Below are positions 57,423 to 61,481 of a stretch of DNA of 61,481 bases, piece after piece. The position numbers and the translations under genes were made by a program. The notes beneath the pieces are model-generated. The model saw only the letters and a list, made by a program, of their open reading frames with translations. It had not been told where the DNA came from and searched no databases. Every line of letters begins with the position of its first letter. Position 1 is the stretch's first letter. Source of the DNA: a virus (Duplodnaviria; Caudoviricetes); the IMG/VR virus record IMGVR_UViG_3300040781_000188, positions 1 through 61,481 of that record; one strand, written 5' to 3'.

Positions 57423-60400
57423 ATGGCTAATTATGGAACTTCTCCAGAAGTGATGAGAGTTGCGGCAATGTTAGAAGCCCAACGAACTCAGCAACCCCGT
57501 GCCGGACAAACTACAACTGGTGCAGGGGACATGACTGATTATATGCGATCAGAATTGGATGCTGAAAGAAATAGTAGAGTAGGAGCTACTATTCGTAAAT
57601 ATACAATGTATCCTGGTATGGCATTGTCTACTCTCGCTCGTATGGGACCACAGCTTGATTTAGAAAAGAAAATTGCAGCTTTATCAAAGACCATATCAGC
57701 ATCAAGAAAAGGTGTTAGTGGTGGAATGGATCCTGCCGCAATTTCTGATCTTATTACTAAAATTGGTGGAGTTGGTTATTTAGGTAGTATGGCTCCGCTC
57801 AATGTTATGAAACAAAAACGTATGGCTTATGAGCGTGGATTTAAAGGTCAATTAGGAGCAACAGGAACTGCTTCTAGTGCTTTAGATTCATTAAGTATGT
57901 TAAATAGAACTCTTGCCATGCCTAGAGTAGCAAGTATGATTTATGGTGGTGGAATGCCTAGTAGTTTACAAGGATCATTAGGTATGTATGGTGCTGGTGT
58001 TCCGATGGCCAAAGGTCTTGCAAAAATGACAGGAGCTTCATTACCAGCTGGAATGACGACTGGATTTGGTGGAGCAATGACTGGCATGTTACCAATGATA
58101 GCCGCTCAAATGGGGTTATCAATAATGAAACAGAAAAAGATACAAGCTATTACTGCTCAACGATCTTCAGGAGCAAAAGAAGCTAATAAATTTTCTATTT
58201 CACAACAAATTGATTCACAAATTAATATGCTTGCTGCTAGAGGTCAAATACAACCTGCGGATCAATTAAAACTTACATTATTGAAGTGGATTGAACATCA
58301 CACTTCTGTTATGCCCGAAATATATGCAGAACAAATGTATATTCGTGAAGAGAAAGAAAAGGGCGGAACAGGAGCAGGTAAATCTTATAATAGGTCGTTA
58401 ACAACTGATGATAGTATGGGTGCGATCGCCACTCTTATTGATAAAGTAGAAGGTGGCGCTTCTAAATTCATTGCTAAATATGATCCGTTTAGTCAGTTGT
58501 TTAATTTCTTATCGACTGGAAAATTGCCGAAAGCATTTCAAGATGAATTAGAGCAAGTATATCAAGGTAGTACAAGAGAAGAAGATATTAAATTAGCTCG
58601 TGCTAGAGGAATATCTATTGCCCATTCTAGGTTATTAGATTTAACTTCTAGACAACTTGTTGATTTAGCTCCTAACCATGAAGCAAAAATGATTACGCTA
58701 CTTAGTGGTTCGTATGATTTACAAAGGTTAATGGGTAGCGAATTACTTACAATAAGAAGAACTGGTTATGGTATATCAGATACTATGGCCAAAAGCGATG
58801 ATGTTACTAAAACTGGTTTAGGAAAACTTTTAGATGGATTGAAATCTATACCTGCATCGTTAGGTAATATTCCTGGTGTGAATGCTCTCTTAAATGTTGC
58901 TAAAATGCCTTTTACGATGGGACGTAAAGTAAGAGGGGCTGTTAGTAGCGTTTGGGGTGGTGCTAGAGATTTCTTGTTAGGTGGCGAAGATACTTCTAGA
59001 CTTCTTGGAAGTGAAGAAGAACTCAGAAAGAAAGCTGGTGTTTATAAGTCTCCACAAGATATGGCAACGGATTACATGGGCAGAGGATTGCCTGATGTAA
59101 TGGAAGAAATGAGATCTGTTGCGTGGAGACAGTTAACTGAATTAACAAATATTTATGTTGTGCTAGGACAAATTCTTCATGGATCAACAGGTATTAAACC
59201 AAAACGGATTGAACCGTTTTCCACAGAATCCAAAAAAGGCATATGGAGTTATACTGCTGGTAAATACCTTGATGAAAAAGGTTACGCGGATCAAACAAAA
59301 CAAGATAGAGAAAGAATGCAGTTTGCTCTTGAAGATGCATTCCGAGGTTCTAGTATAGATCGTCTATCTTGGTTTTTTGATCAAGGATCAAGTATAGACC
59401 AACGACTTAATAAGGCAACTGAACGTATTAGAAAAATACAGAGTATGCCTTTAGAGGCCGCAAAAAGAATAAATGCAGGAGAAGGTACTGGTCTTAGAGA
59501 TACTTTACAAATGGCATTATTTGCTCCATTTTTGGATATTGAAGATGTAACACTTACACCTGAAGAAACTATTGAAGCTGCAATGTTTAGACAAAGAGGT
59601 GTAAGACAAAGAGGTAGAGCTCGTCCAGTACCTGGTTGGTTTGGATTAGAAACTGAAAGAGAACGAGCGGCCTATGAAACTGATATCAGTGCTAAATATG
59701 AACGTTTTATGGCAATGATGAAAGGTGGTGGATTAGCCACTGCTGGAGGTATTGGATTAGGTGGTGCGGCATCTGTATTATCTGGTGGTGCATTATTTCC
59801 GCTCTTGATGGGTATGATGGGCGGTGGTGCCATGGGTATGATTCCTGAAGCCAAACTTCAAATGCAACAAATGGGGTTAGGTGATATAAATCAGGAAGAA
59901 CTTGCTAGAGTTATGTTTGGTATTCCGAAAGGAACAATACCAAATGAAGATAAAGGAAGAATAAGAGACAATCTTAAGAAAATATTACCGTCTAAATTAT
60001 ATGATCAATTGAATGTTAAAGATGATAAGTTCTTTGATACATTATCTAATATGCCATATATTCAGATGGGTATGCATGGGAGTACTGTTATTCCGGATTG
60101 GTCTGATTTAACAGGTGGCGGAGGTAAATCTCCTACCAGTGGACCGGGTATGTTGATTAAGTTTCCAGATTCAGAGATTATGAAAAGGGAACCTTTGCCA
60201 GTAATGATTGCTGCTATATCTAGAGATCTTTCAGGTCCATATGGTGCTCTTAGAGTAATTGAAGGCGGTAAAAAGAAATCTATTGCAGATATGAATCAAA
60301 TGTCATTGCCGGGTTTCGGAATAGCAAAAACAGATCGGGCGAAACAAAAAACAGGTGCTGTTGGTGCTAAAATTAAGGAAGATGGGTGGTTATATGTTCA

Positions 60401-61481
60401 TAAGGGTGAAGAAGTTGTCACCGCATCTAAAACAAGTACTCGAACAACAGCACAAGAATTAGAAGAAATTGAAAAGAAACGAATGTCTAATAGAATTCTT
60501 GGATCATTAGATAGATTCGATAATTATCTAAAAGAACTTGTCGAAAATACTGAATCGCTCGATGATGATGGTAAGGGTACAAAAACTGGTAAACCAAAAG
60601 CTAACTTGTTTAAGAAAATGTTAGGTGGTATGAGTATGCCTGGTATGAGTACGTTATTACCTCTTCTTATGATGGGTGGAAGTTTAGGAATGGGTGGAGG
60701 ATTATTACCAGGACTAATGGCTGCAGGAATGTTTGCTCCACGAGCATTAGGAAGTTTAGTGTCAGGAGCTGGAGGACTTGCTTGGAAAGGTATGAAAGGC
60801 GTTGGTGGCATGTTTATGGAAAGTGGTACGGATAAATCTGTAAAAGGTGCTGGTAAAGGATCATTTGACCTTTTTGGAAAAGCTATGCCAAAAGTAGGTA
60901 GTATTGGTAAATCTGGATTAAAACTTGCTGGTAAAGCTGCAGGTAAACTTGCGTTACCTTTAACATTACTCATGGGTGCGTATGAACTCATAACTGATGC
61001 TATGAAAGGTTGGAAAGAAGGTGGAATTGTTGGCGCTCTTAAACAAGCGTTTATGGGAGACAAAGAAGGTGGTATCTCATCTATGTTTAAAGGTATGGGT
61101 AAATACGCTGCTATTGGTGCAGGCATTGGCCTCATTGGTGGTCCTCCAGGAGCTTTAGCCGGTGGCCTTATTGGTACAGCAGTTGGTGGTATAATTGGGT
61201 TCTTAGGTCAAGATAAAATGGCAAGTTTATATGATAAATTTGCCGAATTTACTGGTGCGAAAATGGTTGCTGATTTATTCCCAGGAACCTATGGTAAGAA
61301 ATTTGCTTATGCTGGTGCTATTGTACCTATCATGGGACCTCTTGCTGGTGGTATAGTAGGATCGATTGTTGATGTATTTAGAACTATATTTAGTGACGAT
61401 CCAATGGGCAGAATAACGGATGGGCTTATTGGTTGGTTACCGGCATGGGCTCTTAAATTATTAGGTATAGAGAAAAAAGTA
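57423..61481 (+). CDS. Tape measure-like protein, partial (>1353 aa, runs off the window; missing from ORF track)
   Basis: SD GAGGTG, ATG 57423; the same frame still reads as protein at the window end and the track reports no stop; Gly/Ala/Met-rich helices, VHKGEEVV motif. Confidence 0.7.
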   Translation, partial: MANYGTSPEVMRVAAMLEAQRTQQPRAGQTTTGAGDMTDYMRSELDAERNSRVGATIRKYTMYPGMALSTLARMGPQLDLEKKIAALSKTISASRKGVSGGMDPAAISDLITKIGGVGYLGSMAPLNVMKQKRMAYERGFKGQLGATGTASSALDSLSMLNRTLAMPRVASMIYGGGMPSSLQGSLGMYGAGVPMAKGLAKMTGASLPAGMTTGFGGAMTGMLPMIAAQMGLSIMKQKKIQAITAQRSSGAKEANKFSISQQIDSQINMLAARGQIQPADQLKLTLLKWIEHHTSVMPEIYAEQMYIREEKEKGGTGAGKSYNRSLTTDDSMGAIATLIDKVEGGASKFIAKYDPFSQLFNFLSTGKLPKAFQDELEQVYQGSTREEDIKLARARGISIAHSRLLDLTSRQLVDLAPNHEAKMITLLSGSYDLQRLMGSELLTIRRTGYGISDTMAKSDDVTKTGLGKLLDGLKSIPASLGNIPGVNALLNVAKMPFTMGRKVRGAVSSVWGGARDFLLGGEDTSRLLGSEEELRKKAGVYKSPQDMATDYMGRGLPDVMEEMRSVAWRQLTELTNIYVVLGQILHGSTGIKPKRIEPFSTESKKGIWSYTAGKYLDEKGYADQTKQDRERMQFALEDAFRGSSIDRLSWFFDQGSSIDQRLNKATERIRKIQSMPLEAAKRINAGEGTGLRDTLQMALFAPFLDIEDVTLTPEETIEAAMFRQRGVRQRGRARPVPGWFGLETERERAAYETDISAKYERFMAMMKGGGLATAGGIGLGGAASVLSGGALFPLLMGMMGGGAMGMIPEAKLQMQQMGLGDINQEELARVMFGIPKGTIPNEDKGRIRDNLKKILPSKLYDQLNVKDDKFFDTLSNMPYIQMGMHGSTVIPDWSDLTGGGGKSPTSGPGMLIKFPDSEIMKREPLPVMIAAISRDLSGPYGALRVIEGGKKKSIADMNQMSLPGFGIAKTDRAKQKTGAVGAKIKEDGWLYVHKGEEVVTASKTSTRTTAQELEEIEKKRMSNRILGSLDRFDNYLKELVENTESLDDDGKGTKTGKPKANLFKKMLGGMSMPGMSTLLPLLMMGGSLGMGGGLLPGLMAAGMFAPRALGSLVSGAGGLAWKGMKGVGGMFMESGTDKSVKGAGKGSFDLFGKAMPKVGSIGKSGLKLAGKAAGKLALPLTLLMGAYELITDAMKGWKEGGIVGALKQAFMGDKEGGISSMFKGMGKYAAIGAGIGLIGGPPGALAGGLIGTAVGGIIGFLGQDKMASLYDKFAEFTGAKMVADLFPGTYGKKFAYAGAIVPIMGPLAGGIVGSIVDVFRTIFSDDPMGRITDGLIGWLPAWALKLLGIEKKV

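Noticed and set aside
59672-61135. Minus-strand Pro-rich ORFs 59672..59854 and 60524..61135
   Set aside because: Antisense shadows of the Gly-rich tape-measure-like gene
1-61481. Bacterial chromosome or host island explaining the signalling genes
   Set aside because: The genes are scattered singly among terminase, baseplate and tagged genes with overlapping stops/starts and similar AT content; no housekeeping operon, integrase or island boundary is visible
1-61481. CRISPR array, tRNA or rRNA genes
   Set aside because: No regularly spaced repeats or recognisable tRNA/rRNA sequence seen by eye; a tRNAscan/CRT run would be needed to exclude them fully

Overview
AT-rich, gene-dense, almost entirely plus-strand segment of a large (jumbo-type) myovirus-like phage genome. 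It carries the structural and packaging region: a terminase large subunit split by a 286-nt group I intron, a gp5/VgrG-like spike, gp6- and gp53-like baseplate proteins, a tape-measure-like ORF running off the right end, a GH108 endolysin, a RecA/UvsX broken by a 1-nt frameshift, and a Cas4-like nuclease. Four things stand out. (1) A bacterial-style c-di-GMP/two-component toolkit is interleaved gene by gene among virion genes: seven PilZ proteins, a REC-HD-GYP phosphodiesterase, a FliN homologue, a 1442-aa hybrid histidine kinase, a stand-alone receiver, a PAS-HisKA protein and DRR/ERR-repeat peptides. (2) More than 20 otherwise unrelated ORFs share an N-terminal M-[IL]-[SP]-[ILV]-x(n)-[LIYF]-E tag that resembles a capsid-targeting/protease-cleaved leader. 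(3) There is a clear -1 programmed-frameshift signal at 15823-15869. (4) A highly structured ~170-nt minus-strand ncRNA candidate at 50085-50254 lies behind a promoter-like motif that also precedes three minus-strand protein-coding units. All calls come from reading motifs by eye; no database searches or folding programs were run. Two ORF-track entries (50835..51110 and 51274..51654) are labelled + but are actually on the minus strand.
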